DNA from: Chamaesiphon sp.
GTDB taxonomy: Bacteria > Cyanobacteriota > Cyanobacteriia > Cyanobacteriales > Chamaesiphonaceae
Assembly: GCA_965246715.1 (NCBI GenBank)
Contig: CBDFFH010000015.1
Span: 256,001-320,000 of the forward strand
Direction: 5' to 3'
DNA: 64,000 nt
Below, piece after piece: positions 51,855 through 61,372 of this stretch. A model generated the notes under the pieces. The model worked only from the letters and a program-made list of their open reading frames with translations. It searched no databases and was not told the origin of the DNA. The translations under genes were made by a program, and so were the position numbers. Numbering within the stretch: position 1 is the stretch's first letter; every line of letters begins with the position of its first letter.

Positions 51855-52745
51855 TTGTCTGCTCCTTTGACTATTGCAGTTTTTACTGACTCGACGGATT
51901 TGCCACCGCGCTTGAGTCGATATTTAGATGCCGAGCGTCATCTAGTCCAGTATTTTACCAGTCAGTCCGAGTTCTTGGCTCGGATAGAGTCAGTCAAGCA
52001 CGAATTAGATTGCTTAGTATTTTACTCAGAGCAGCATTTACTGCCGACGCTAAATTATCTTTACGATCGTGGGCTGATCTTGCCAGTCGTGATGATTCAA
52101 TCAGCCGATCCAGTAAGTTTAGTAATTCCAGAGACTGCCAAAAACTTACCAGTACCGAATCAAAATTATATATATCACCCATCTGAGGTAATTTTGGCTG
52201 AGACAGAGCTGCCAGAAATTGGGGTGGCGATCGATCGAGCTATTTCAAAGTTCTTGAGCTTAACGCCCATCATGCCGACAACAGATGAATCGCGACCTGC
52301 TGAGATTGAGATCTCGATCTCCGAGCCAAGTTTTCTGCTCCAGCAACAGCGCCGTCTAGCTGATAAGCTCAAAGAAAGATTGGGGTATTTAGCTGTTTAC
52401 TACAAACGCAATCCCCGGCAGTTTTTTCGACGGCTCGATCGGCAACAGCAGCAAGAACTCCTCGATGGGCTAAAAGTTCAATATCGAAATATCGTGCTGG
52501 CATACTTTACTGCTGGTAGTAAGATCGACGACCAGATCGACGAATTGGTCGGGACTGCTTTTTTTAGCGATCTGTCAGTTTCGGAAATTGTCAAGATTCA
52601 CATGGAATTGATGGAAGAATTCTCAAACCAGCTAAAATTGGAAGGGCGAAGTGAGGAGATCTTGCTAGATTACCGACTGACATTAATCGATATTATTGCC
52701 CATCTATGTGAAATGTACCGCCGCTCGATTCCGAGAGAAGGATAG
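51855..52745 (+). CDS. kaiA: Circadian clock protein KaiA
   Basis: KLKERLGYL.VYYKRNP and LLDYRLTLIDIIAHLCEMYRRSIPR motifs. Confidence 0.96.
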   Translation: MSAPLTIAVFTDSTDLPPRLSRYLDAERHLVQYFTSQSEFLARIESVKHELDCLVFYSEQHLLPTLNYLYDRGLILPVVMIQSADPVSLVIPETAKNLPVPNQNYIYHPSEVILAETELPEIGVAIDRAISKFLSLTPIMPTTDESRPAEIEISISEPSFLLQQQRRLADKLKERLGYLAVYYKRNPRQFFRRLDRQQQQELLDGLKVQYRNIVLAYFTAGSKIDDQIDELVGTAFFSDLSVSEIVKIHMELMEEFSNQLKLEGRSEEILLDYRLTLIDIIAHLCEMYRRSIPREG

Positions 52746-53153
52746 TAACTGTATTTAGCGGTTGGAGATCGGATCGCTTCGTGCATACCCATCGCACTCC
52801 ACGATCGTCTTTTCGATCGTGGTACTGTATGCTGAGATCGATTGCTGCACAATCAGTCAGGAAATTCGGTAGCTGAAAATACCTCGCCTGAGCTGTGAGA
52901 TCGAGAGTCGATTTTACAGAACCCAGCTATTTAGATCGCCCTCAGCTCCAGCATCGAGCGCGCGCTCGCCCTCGTAAATCCCAGATCCCTTGCGCTGTCT
53001 GAGCAATCCCACCGATCTCCCAGCAACAGCAATCGAGTACATGAGGTCTCGACAACAAAATTAAACATTATTCAATAACCATCGCTCGCGCTGCCAGCAC
53101 AGCTATCATCGAGTTCGCGCTCTCACTCTTTAAAATAATTAACAGTTTAGTTT

Positions 53154-53468
53154 ATGACTCCCCTAATGAAAACTTATGTCCTCAAGCTTTATGTGGCAGG
53201 AAATACCCCTAACTCAGTTCGCGCGCTCCGAACTCTAAAGAATATATTAGAAGAAGAGTTTAAAGGCGTATATGCTCTTAAAGTAATTGATGTCTTGAAA
53301 AATCCCCAACTGGCCGAAGAGGATAAGATTCTGGCTACCCCGACACTATCGAAAGTTTTGCCACCGCCAGTCCGGAAAATCATTGGCGATCTGTCCGATC
53401 GTGAAAAAGTTCTAATCGGACTAGATCTCCTGTATGAAGAACTATCCGAGCGGGATGGAGAATTTTAA
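53154..53468 (+). CDS. kaiB: Circadian clock protein KaiB
   Basis: [34 protein letters not shown]. Confidence 0.97.
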   Translation: MTPLMKTYVLKLYVAGNTPNSVRALRTLKNILEEEFKGVYALKVIDVLKNPQLAEEDKILATPTLSKVLPPPVRKIIGDLSDREKVLIGLDLLYEELSERDGEF

Positions 53469-53576
53469 GCATCGAAACTGGTTTACTCAGCATTTCTGGG
53501 CACAACCCGATCGTCAAAACATCAATTTATCAAAGTTGTATTTGTTGTTTAATTAGCAGTTTTTCAGATCTCAGCA

Positions 53577-55127
53577 ATGACCAGTACGAATCAAATAACA
53601 GAATCAACCGCACATCCCTTAGGGATCCAAAAAATCCGCACGATGATCGAGGGATTTGATGATATCGCTCATGGTGGATTACCAATTGGTAGAACGACGA
53701 TCCTCAGCGGTACATCGGGAACGGGTAAAACCATGTTAGCTGTCCAATTTCTCTACAATGGGATTCGTGATTTTGACGAACCAGGGATCTTTGTAACTTT
53801 TGAAGAATCACCTGCGGATATTATCAAAAATGCTTATAGTTTCGGTTGGGATCTCCAAAAATTAATCGATGATGGCAAGTTATTTGTTCTCGATGCTTCT
53901 CCCGATCCCGAAGGGCAAGAAGTCGTCGGTAATTTCGATCTATCAGCTTTAATCGAACGAATTCAGTATGCTTTTAACAAATATAAAGCCAAGCGCGTCT
54001 CGATCGATTCTGTCACCGCGATCTTCCAACAATATGATGCCGCATCGGTAGTCAGACGGGAAATCTTTCGGCTCGTCGCCCGCCTCAAATTGATGGGTGC
54101 TACTACCATTATGACGACCGAACGCGTCGAAGAATACGGCCCCGTTGCCAGATTTGGTGTCGAAGAATTTGTTTCTGATAACGTCGCGATCGTCCGGAAC
54201 GTCCTCGAAGGCGAACGCCGACGCAGAACGATCGAAATTCTCAAACTTAGGGGTACTACCCATATGAAGGGTGAATATCCATTTACGATTACCAGCAGTG
54301 GCATCAATATTTTCCCATTAGGTGCGATGCGCCTAACGCAAAAGTCTTCCAATGTCCGCGTCTCATCTGGAGTCAAAGCACTCGACCAAATGTGCGGTGG
54401 TGGCTACTTCAAAGACTCGATTATCTTAGCTACAGGGGCGACAGGAACGGGCAAAACTCTGCTCGTGAGCAAATTTATCCAAGAGGCGTGTTTGGCAGGC
54501 GAGCGGGCGATTTTGTTTGCCTATGAGGAGTCGCGCGCGCAGTTATCGCGAAATGCTTCATCATGGGGAATCGACTTTGAAGAGTTGGAGCGTCAGGGGT
54601 TACTCAAGATCCTCTGTACCTATCCCGAGTCAGCCGGATTGGAAGATCATTTACAGACGATTAAATCTGAAATTGCCGAATTTAAACCCGATCGGATTGC
54701 GATCGATTCGCTCTCGGCTTTGGCGCGGGGCGTAAGCAATAACTCATTCCGGCAGTTTGTCATCGGCGTAACAGGTTATGCCAAACAGGAGGAAATTACC
54801 GGATTTTTTACCAATACTTCCGACCAATTCATGGGATCGCACTCGATTACTGACTCCCATATTTCGACAATCACCGATACGATCTTGATGCTCCAATACG
54901 TGGAAATTCGCGGCGAGATGGCGCGGGCGTTGAACGTATTTAAAATGCGCGGCTCCTGGCACGATAAAGGCATTCACGAGTACACGATTAGTAAAGATGG
55001 CGCGGAAATCAAAGATTCGTTCCGGAATTATGAAGGGATCATCAGTGGTTCCCCCAGTCGGATTTCGGTCGATGAAAAATACGAACTGTCGCGGATCGTG
55101 CGCGCTGTTAGCGATAAATCGGAGTAG
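53577..55127 (+). CDS. kaiC: Circadian clock protein KaiC
   Basis: Two P-loops (GTSGTGKT, GATGTGKT); phospho-site motif SHISTITD. Confidence 0.98.
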   Translation: MTSTNQITESTAHPLGIQKIRTMIEGFDDIAHGGLPIGRTTILSGTSGTGKTMLAVQFLYNGIRDFDEPGIFVTFEESPADIIKNAYSFGWDLQKLIDDGKLFVLDASPDPEGQEVVGNFDLSALIERIQYAFNKYKAKRVSIDSVTAIFQQYDAASVVRREIFRLVARLKLMGATTIMTTERVEEYGPVARFGVEEFVSDNVAIVRNVLEGERRRRTIEILKLRGTTHMKGEYPFTITSSGINIFPLGAMRLTQKSSNVRVSSGVKALDQMCGGGYFKDSIILATGATGTGKTLLVSKFIQEACLAGERAILFAYEESRAQLSRNASSWGIDFEELERQGLLKILCTYPESAGLEDHLQTIKSEIAEFKPDRIAIDSLSALARGVSNNSFRQFVIGVTGYAKQEEITGFFTNTSDQFMGSHSITDSHISTITDTILMLQYVEIRGEMARALNVFKMRGSWHDKGIHEYTISKDGAEIKDSFRNYEGIISGSPSRISVDEKYELSRIVRAVSDKSE

Positions 55128-55213
55128 GGGATAGGGGATAGGGTTTTAGGATAGATTGTAGCCTAGGCAGTGCCCACGATCGGGTCGATCCCAGTACTAG
55201 TTGTCTTCACAGC

Positions 55214-55717
55214 ATGACGAAAACACCAAAAACACCACAAGCGAAAAAACGGCTGTCTTTACTTAAAGATTGCCATAATACTTATGGCGAGCATGACAAA
55301 TCATCGCGCACGGCAATTCATTGGCGTAAAAGTTGGGTAAATCGCACCTATCGCCGCGATGTCAACCAATCGCTGGGAGAAGAAGATCGAGATTTCGATC
55401 TAATGACCGATCGTGTAAAGACGATCGATCGTCATTCATGGCGCAAATGTGCCGACATGCCACTAGGCGAAAAATTACTGCGGGATAAAACTTGGGAAAT
55501 TTCCCAAAAGCTGATGGTTGCGGCTAACGCCGATCGGGATTGTTTGGATAAATTAGCGCGGTATTTGTGCAATCGAGATCTGAAATCTGGTAGGGTAGCA
55601 ATCTTAATGAGACGTGCTCGGGCTGTAACGCTCGATCGAAATTCAGGGGCTTTAGATCTCACGAGTGAAGATCTCGCTCTATTCGAAGAGTTCCTCGCTC
55701 GAGAGCAACCCAACTAA
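55214..55717 (+). CDS. Basic hypothetical protein
   Basis: 167 aa; PQAKKRLSL.KD..NTYGE.DKSSR N-terminus. Confidence 0.6.
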   Translation: MTKTPKTPQAKKRLSLLKDCHNTYGEHDKSSRTAIHWRKSWVNRTYRRDVNQSLGEEDRDFDLMTDRVKTIDRHSWRKCADMPLGEKLLRDKTWEISQKLMVAANADRDCLDKLARYLCNRDLKSGRVAILMRRARAVTLDRNSGALDLTSEDLALFEEFLAREQPN

Positions 55718-55781
55718 TCGATCCCACCGCCACATGCTGCTCGCATATTTGTCGAGGCTGGCTATTCGGTACGTTACGCTA

Positions 55782-56618
55782 CTAATGTGCTGGAAATCTG
55801 GACTGAAAAGCCTGTAATGTGCTTTGCTCTTTACTCGAATCGTAGATCCCAAAAACTACTCGATCGAAGCAGTTGCGAAACTCAGGACTCTCCAGCCAAG
55901 TCCCAAACGCATCGGCTACCATGCTGGGCTGATTGCGAAACACACCACAGCCCCAAGCACCCAAAAGTAGCGATCGATGGTTGTGTTCTCGGGCGATCGC
56001 TAGGATGATACCAGCGCGTCGCCGTAATACTTCCTCAATCCTCGTCCAGGTTGTCTCATTGCTGCGAATAATTTCACCAGCATTGGGAGCGGGAGCAGTA
56101 ATAACCGATGCCAGAAAGAAGTCTTCTATCAAGTTGCGACTTCTGGTGCGAAAGAAGGGGACTTGTGGAGCATAAATAACGAGATCGGTATATAGCAGAG
56201 AACTTTGAGCGCGATTGGTTTCATAGTAGTGCGGTTGTCCGAGCAAACAGGGGTATAACCCAGAACAGCGACAGAGATCTTCTTCCTGAGCTTTTGCACC
56301 ATTGATAAATCCGCCACCTGGATTACGGGCGGAGGCGTAATCGAGTAAGACGAGATCGTTACATCCTTCAGTTTGTACGAGTCGCCTAGCTGCTACTTGG
56401 GTTGTTTCACTGGTAACTTCAATAATTATCGGTCTGCTAGGTTCCGCTGCCAATGGTTTCGCCAGTAGTTCGTAAGTGCGATCGGGTTGATAAAGCAACG
56501 TTCCCTCGACTGCGGCTCTTTGCTCTGTCAAAAATTCCACAGTTTTACCAGCGTCAGTCGTGTATTTTCCTACTTCTAAAATATCCAACGTTGCCTGAGC
56601 AACTCCTTTCAGTGACAT
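55782..56618 (-). CDS. TIGR02452/DUF2263 protein (bacterial PARG-like macrodomain)
   Basis: ASARNPGGGFINGAKAQEEDL (GGG-X6-QEE) and LLGAWGCGVFRN motifs. Confidence 0.88.
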   Translation of the reverse strand: MSLKGVAQATLDILEVGKYTTDAGKTVEFLTEQRAAVEGTLLYQPDRTYELLAKPLAAEPSRPIIIEVTSETTQVAARRLVQTEGCNDLVLLDYASARNPGGGFINGAKAQEEDLCRCSGLYPCLLGQPHYYETNRAQSSLLYTDLVIYAPQVPFFRTRSRNLIEDFFLASVITAPAPNAGEIIRSNETTWTRIEEVLRRRAGIILAIAREHNHRSLLLGAWGCGVFRNQPSMVADAFGTWLESPEFRNCFDRVVFGIYDSSKEQSTLQAFQSRFPAH

Positions 56619-56742
56619 CAGCTTCTTTCCTACAATAAGATAACTTCTAACTAGTTTCCCTCAGATAACAACTTCGCTGTACGATATCGATCGATATCTG
56701 TGAAAGCATTCTTGTTGTGTAAATAATTGAGAATAAAGCAAT

Positions 56743-57123
56743 TTAACGTGCAAATCTAAACCGAACTAGTGCGAGAACTAGTGCAAAAAGATAACCATAC
56801 CAAAACTTGTCGATTCTCAGCACCAAATTTCCGTGTTTAGAACGCCAACCACCAATTACCGACATACATAAGCCAACAAACAAAGGTGTGAAAATTAGAT
56901 TTGCAACCCGTGGCATTCCAGCAGGGGTTAAGTTCGATGGTAAGGCGAGTAAACTGAGTCCTCCGGCGATCGCCCCAAATAACATGAAGCCAATCGCAGC
57001 TAGCCAAGGATTTGGGGGCTGTTTGAATGTTTCGGCAAGTGAATTCCAGCCTACCGCCAACAGCGCTTCGAGGATGATTTGGAGTACGAATTCACCAATT
57101 ATCTGCAAAAGTAATTCAATCAT
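56743..57123 (-). CDS. Small membrane protein (3-4 TM)
   Basis: Hydrophobic helices; FWYGYLFALVLALVRF tail. Confidence 0.65.
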   Translation of the reverse strand: MIELLLQIIGEFVLQIILEALLAVGWNSLAETFKQPPNPWLAAIGFMLFGAIAGGLSLLALPSNLTPAGMPRVANLIFTPLFVGLCMSVIGGWRSKHGNLVLRIDKFWYGYLFALVLALVRFRFAR

Positions 57124-57218
57124 TTGATGTAAATTTTACGATCGAGAAATGAGATTTTTTGGCTTGTAATTCGATCTATCAAAGTTCTGCTAACTTAAAT
57201 TTCGAGCTTGAAGCATGG

Positions 57219-58664
57219 TTAGAGCAGTCCTCGGAAATTCAAAATGTCAAAACCTGGCTGATAGACAGCAGCATCAAAGTTTTCATCGATGTTTTCCTCA
57301 CGAAACAGACCGACCATGCGCTCGGCTTCGGCTTTATCTTTAACCATCCGTGCTGCTGGGGAAAGTGTCTCGAGCCAATTTATTCTGGCGATCGCGTCTT
57401 CCCGAGTTTTACTAGGCGCACCAATCCCCCAAACAGCTCCAGTCTGCGGATCGTAGTAAGTGCCGATGTAACGCAGCGTCAACGAGATGCGCGGCTGTTC
57501 GGTTCCTTCCAGTCCGAGCCGTTTTATCTCATGATAGAAGGCTTGATTGGTATTAAGACTCAACATAAACAGCGAACCATGTGGCAAGGGCAGTTTCTGC
57601 GATGCCGAATGCTGACCGTTCTTCGGCTTGAACACCATCGTGCGCGTCGTCCCCAGCGAAACATTGACAATAAATGAGGGTCGCATCACATCGAGAGTCT
57701 TGTCTGCATGTTCGCCGATCCAGTCTCGACCATTGCGATAGAGTTGAATCAAACAATGATTTAAGGGATGCCCGATGCGGCGTTCGACCTCTTGCCGAAT
57801 CGCATCGATCGTGGGTGTCCATGACCTCAGTGGCGGCTGTTCGTCCGCTGGATGCCTGTATAGTGGTTCAACACCATCCGACTCCTTTGTCCCTTGCAGT
57901 GCGACCAAACGCGGCACAAAAGAGCCACGGTGACTCATTTGATTCCAAGTAACTTCTTGGTATAGCGTCTCAAAGGTCCGATCGTTGACGCAGGATGAGA
58001 GCGCAGCGCAATCCAGCAGACTATCTCCAGCAATGTGCGTCAGTCGCACGGGCACACTCTCGGACAAAAATTCTGCCCAGTTCCTAGTCTGGACACCAAG
58101 TTTTTCCAGTTCGCGGAGCGCCAGTAAATGCTTGCCTTGGGTACTCGCGCTGGTGGCTTCTTCTAAAATCTCAACTTCATAGCCCAGTCTTACTGCTGCT
58201 TTTGCGGTATGCGAGACACAGATGTCGGTCGTGACTCCGCATAGCGAAAGCTTCGTAATGTCATGTTGTTGCAGCCATTGGTGAAGCGTTGTCTGATGGA
58301 AAGCATCGTACCAATGTTTGACAATGTGAATCTCTGCATCGGTTTTTTCGGCAAATAAACCTTGCAAGCTAGGAACCAGCTCGATGCCCCAAGAATCTTT
58401 CACACAGCAGGGTTTACCTGGGTGAGTTTTCCCCTGGAGTTCTGCTGGGGTGCCAGTGGTTTCGCCATATTGCGAGGTAATCCACACGATCTGTCGATGT
58501 TGTTGCCTTGCAGCTTGTACCAACCAACCGATTCTCATTCTGAGAGGCTTCGCCAACGCATCGCAAATTTGGTGCCGCTCGAGATGTTGCTTGCTAAAGG
58601 CACCACCTGGGGATAGAAAATCGTTTTGAGCATTAACGATTAGCAGGGTAGAGAGAGATTCCAT
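57219..58664 (-). CDS. Isochorismatase (cysteine hydrolase) / AlkB-type 2OG-Fe(II) dioxygenase fusion
   Basis: N-terminal QNDF, K.WYDAF and GVTTDICV; C-terminal NHCLIQLYR, HAD, H and RISLTLR. Confidence 0.85.
   Translation of the reverse strand: MESLSTLLIVNAQNDFLSPGGAFSKQHLERHQICDALAKPLRMRIGWLVQAARQQHRQIVWITSQYGETTGTPAELQGKTHPGKPCCVKDSWGIELVPSLQGLFAEKTDAEIHIVKHWYDAFHQTTLHQWLQQHDITKLSLCGVTTDICVSHTAKAAVRLGYEVEILEEATSASTQGKHLLALRELEKLGVQTRNWAEFLSESVPVRLTHIAGDSLLDCAALSSCVNDRTFETLYQEVTWNQMSHRGSFVPRLVALQGTKESDGVEPLYRHPADEQPPLRSWTPTIDAIRQEVERRIGHPLNHCLIQLYRNGRDWIGEHADKTLDVMRPSFIVNVSLGTTRTMVFKPKNGQHSASQKLPLPHGSLFMLSLNTNQAFYHEIKRLGLEGTEQPRISLTLRYIGTYYDPQTGAVWGIGAPSKTREDAIARINWLETLSPAARMVKDKAEAERMVGLFREENIDENFDAAVYQPGFDILNFRGLL
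58533..58556 (-). repeat. 24-nt SDR-type insertion within a CGATCG site, in frame
   Basis: ttggcgaagcctctcagaatgaga; removing it restores ccgatcgc. Confidence 0.75.
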
Positions 58665-58712
58665 CTGGATCTGAGGTGAAAAGTATGGTGTGAGGGGGCG
58701 TTTTAGAGTTTA

Positions 58713-58758
58713 AAATCTAGAGTAGGGGCAATTCATGAATTGCCCCTACTCTAGATTT
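58713..58758. repeat. Perfect 46-bp palindrome with GTAG-REP core
   Basis: aaatctagagtaggggcaattca|tgaattgcccctactctagattt. Confidence 0.85.
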
Positions 58759-58776
58759 CAGGGATTATCTCTAGAG

Positions 58777-59625
58777 TCAATCATCCCTAAATTCAACAAA
58801 GATTGGTACCAGCCGCGATCCTGTCGGCACCCATTGCCATAGTGCCACTAATTCCGATCGATCTGGCTGCTGTCCGAGTCCTAGTCTGGACAAAATCAAC
58901 CGGATCAGCACCGAGTTAAACTGGGGCGGAAACCGATACTGTTCCTGTGCGTGGTCGAGAAAAAATGTCTTGTGATACTTCTGTAAACTCTTTTCCAAAG
59001 CTGAGATTCGCTCCAGCAATCTTGGCACCTCACCGAACCGATGTTGGTGATGTGTTAACAGTAGCTCTGCGGCATTGTTGAAGTGCATCCCCTCATCCTT
59101 GACTAAATGATGGCCGATTTTTTGAATTGCCGTGCCAAAATGACGATAGTATTCCCAGAGATCGCGGCGGTAGGAATAAACCGAACCGATCTCGTCGAAC
59201 ATCAGTGTTACTAACAGTGTGAATTCATCGGCTAATACCAATTCGATCGGTTTGAGTTCGTGGACTCGGGTAGCGAATTGGCGATTCATTTCGGCAAAAT
59301 TCACCCCGGCAATGCAATGATAGGTACGGCGTAACGCTTCATAATGCTTGAGTTCATCCTCCAGCCACAGATCGAGCATCGCCAAAAATGCTGGGGACAT
59401 TTCATTCTGTCGGGTCATGATGTAGTCATATAAAGGTTGAGAGTCGCCCTCAGAGTAGACATCACGACTCAAGAGGTTGCAAAAATTAGTATGGACTTCG
59501 GGTGCTACTCGATCGAGCTGCTGAGGGGAAATAGTATGATCGAGGTGCAAAACTGCATCTAAATCCCACCTATTTTGCTTGACTCTAGATCGAGGTCCAT
59601 CGTTAATTGCCGGCATAGAGTTCAT
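58777..59625 (-). CDS. Ferritin-like diiron-carboxylate protein
   Basis: E..DELKH..DE..DEGMH, i.e. paired ExxH motifs. Confidence 0.75.
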   Translation of the reverse strand: MNSMPAINDGPRSRVKQNRWDLDAVLHLDHTISPQQLDRVAPEVHTNFCNLLSRDVYSEGDSQPLYDYIMTRQNEMSPAFLAMLDLWLEDELKHYEALRRTYHCIAGVNFAEMNRQFATRVHELKPIELVLADEFTLLVTLMFDEIGSVYSYRRDLWEYYRHFGTAIQKIGHHLVKDEGMHFNNAAELLLTHHQHRFGEVPRLLERISALEKSLQKYHKTFFLDHAQEQYRFPPQFNSVLIRLILSRLGLGQQPDRSELVALWQWVPTGSRLVPIFVEFRDD

Positions 59626-59632
59626 TAATCTA

Positions 59633-59931
59633 ACGTCAGTTCGGGATCGCTCTTAGGAATGCAAATGTTATGGTGAAAAGCAAAAACCCAGATCTGGGGG
59701 TCGGAACCCCCAGACCCCCCGTTGAGGAGCGGAGTGCCGCCCCTCAAGCTCACCTGCACAAGGGTTGGTTGGTGCGCAGCTTGGCGCGCTTCGCATTAGC
59801 TCCGCATTATGGGTCGATCTGTGGGTGGGGTTTATCGATTGGTAAGACGTGGATTGGGGGTGTGGGGGTGCAGATTAGGTTGGATATCCTTATCCCGTTG
59901 GCTTAGCCGCTCCGTTATGAGAGACTTACGT
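59633..59931. mobile_element. GC-rich ~300-bp repeat, family B, copy 2
   Basis: Ends acgtcagttcggg / gagacttacgt; inverted homolog of 18008-18305. Confidence 0.8.
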
Positions 59932-60025
59932 TATTTATGTCGGGAACCCTTGGCGGTTTCCGTCAAGAATATCTCTGTGCAGCAGAGAGATGACGAGCGG
60001 ACATCCTAAAGTCTTATCTGACCCC

Positions 60026-61366
60026 TCACTCTACCAATAATCCGTCATTAGAGATGATATGCGGAATAATCAGACAGTGCCGCCCGGTAATCTTGGAAGT
60101 GTCGCCCCGAATGATGACCCCTGCGGCGGCACCATCGATCGCCCAACTACCGATGACATAGTGGTAGCCGAAGGCTTCGGGGAGTTCGATATATTCTTGG
60201 ATGATAAAGCCCTCCGCGCCATAACCAAATGACTCTTTTTGTTCCAGCGAGCCAACCCCACTTTCGATCGAGATGGCCACACCTTCTTGTCCGAGCATCG
60301 GCTTTTTGACGTGCATTCCTACTAACAATCTAGTGGATTCGATCGAGTTGTCGGTATCTAGATAGGTGGGCAACAGATGTTTGCCGTAGTCAGCAGATCC
60401 AAACTGCTCCCACATCATCGCCAGCGCGCCTTTATTCGAGAGAACTTGCTTCCACAGCGGTTCGATGACCTTGATTTCACCTGTTGCCAATCGCTCGGCG
60501 AGAACCTCCGTACATCCAGCATTTGCCATGTCGTTTTGGAGGTCAGACCAGTCATATATCTTCCACAGAATCGGAATGCGATCGTTAACATGGTCTACAA
60601 AGTAGCCATCGTCATCTAATCCCAATCCTCGCTGGATTTCCTGCCCCCAATCGTCTTTCAAACCGCGCAGATAAACAATTTGGGTATAAATATTCGGATC
60701 GACCTCATCTGCCAGAATTTGAATCAATTGCATCGCCATCTCCAGATCCTCTGGGAGATTTTCATCGACCAAAAAGGAGATCCCCCGATTGCGGAGATCG
60801 TAGCGTGCCGCAATCCGCCGCCATTGTCCAGCGATCTGCTCCCAAAATTCGTTGAACTGATTGGCATCATTTGGCAGCGGAAATTTTCCCTGCTGGTGAT
60901 TTTGCAGGTAATCCACATACCAATTCCATTGGTAGACCGTTTCCGCGCCCAACAGTGGTGTGTCGCCATTAATTTCGAGCAGCTTAATCTGCCCTGCCGC
61001 CGTGACCGCCAGATCGAATCGCGTACAAAGCGATAAGTCCTCAACCGGATCGATTCGATCCCAGCTATTTTTAATCGCTTGCCAATATTCCGATCGGATC
61101 TGGAGTGCGGCTAAACGGCAATCGACATCGTCAGGCTCGGACTCGGTGAAAAACCAATTCAGGAATTCGATACACATCGCCCACAATAGCTCTGTGGCTT
61201 GCGCGATCTCGGTTTCTTCATCAAAGTCAAATTGGATTGCGAACGGCTGGGGGAGCGATTCCACCCAGTATTGCTGCTGGGCATCGCTTAAAACATCAGC
61301 TTGGTAGGCATTGTCGCGAATATGCTGCTGCCAATTGGGACGACGCGCGATTTTAATGGTTCTCAT
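60026..61366 (-). CDS. Glutathionylspermidine-synthase-family ATP-grasp protein (YgiC/YjfC-like)
   Basis: RFD, LLEINGDTP, EPLWKQVLSNKG, KKP..G.EG and IQEY motifs. Confidence 0.88.
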   Translation of the reverse strand: MRTIKIARRPNWQQHIRDNAYQADVLSDAQQQYWVESLPQPFAIQFDFDEETEIAQATELLWAMCIEFLNWFFTESEPDDVDCRLAALQIRSEYWQAIKNSWDRIDPVEDLSLCTRFDLAVTAAGQIKLLEINGDTPLLGAETVYQWNWYVDYLQNHQQGKFPLPNDANQFNEFWEQIAGQWRRIAARYDLRNRGISFLVDENLPEDLEMAMQLIQILADEVDPNIYTQIVYLRGLKDDWGQEIQRGLGLDDDGYFVDHVNDRIPILWKIYDWSDLQNDMANAGCTEVLAERLATGEIKVIEPLWKQVLSNKGALAMMWEQFGSADYGKHLLPTYLDTDNSIESTRLLVGMHVKKPMLGQEGVAISIESGVGSLEQKESFGYGAEGFIIQEYIELPEAFGYHYVIGSWAIDGAAAGVIIRGDTSKITGRHCLIIPHIISNDGLLVE

Positions 61367-61372
61367 CGCCAG

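Noticed and set aside
57159..57677. 172-aa + strand ORF and other short ORFs antisense to long genes
   Set aside because: They overlap well-supported genes on the opposite strand and show no motifs.
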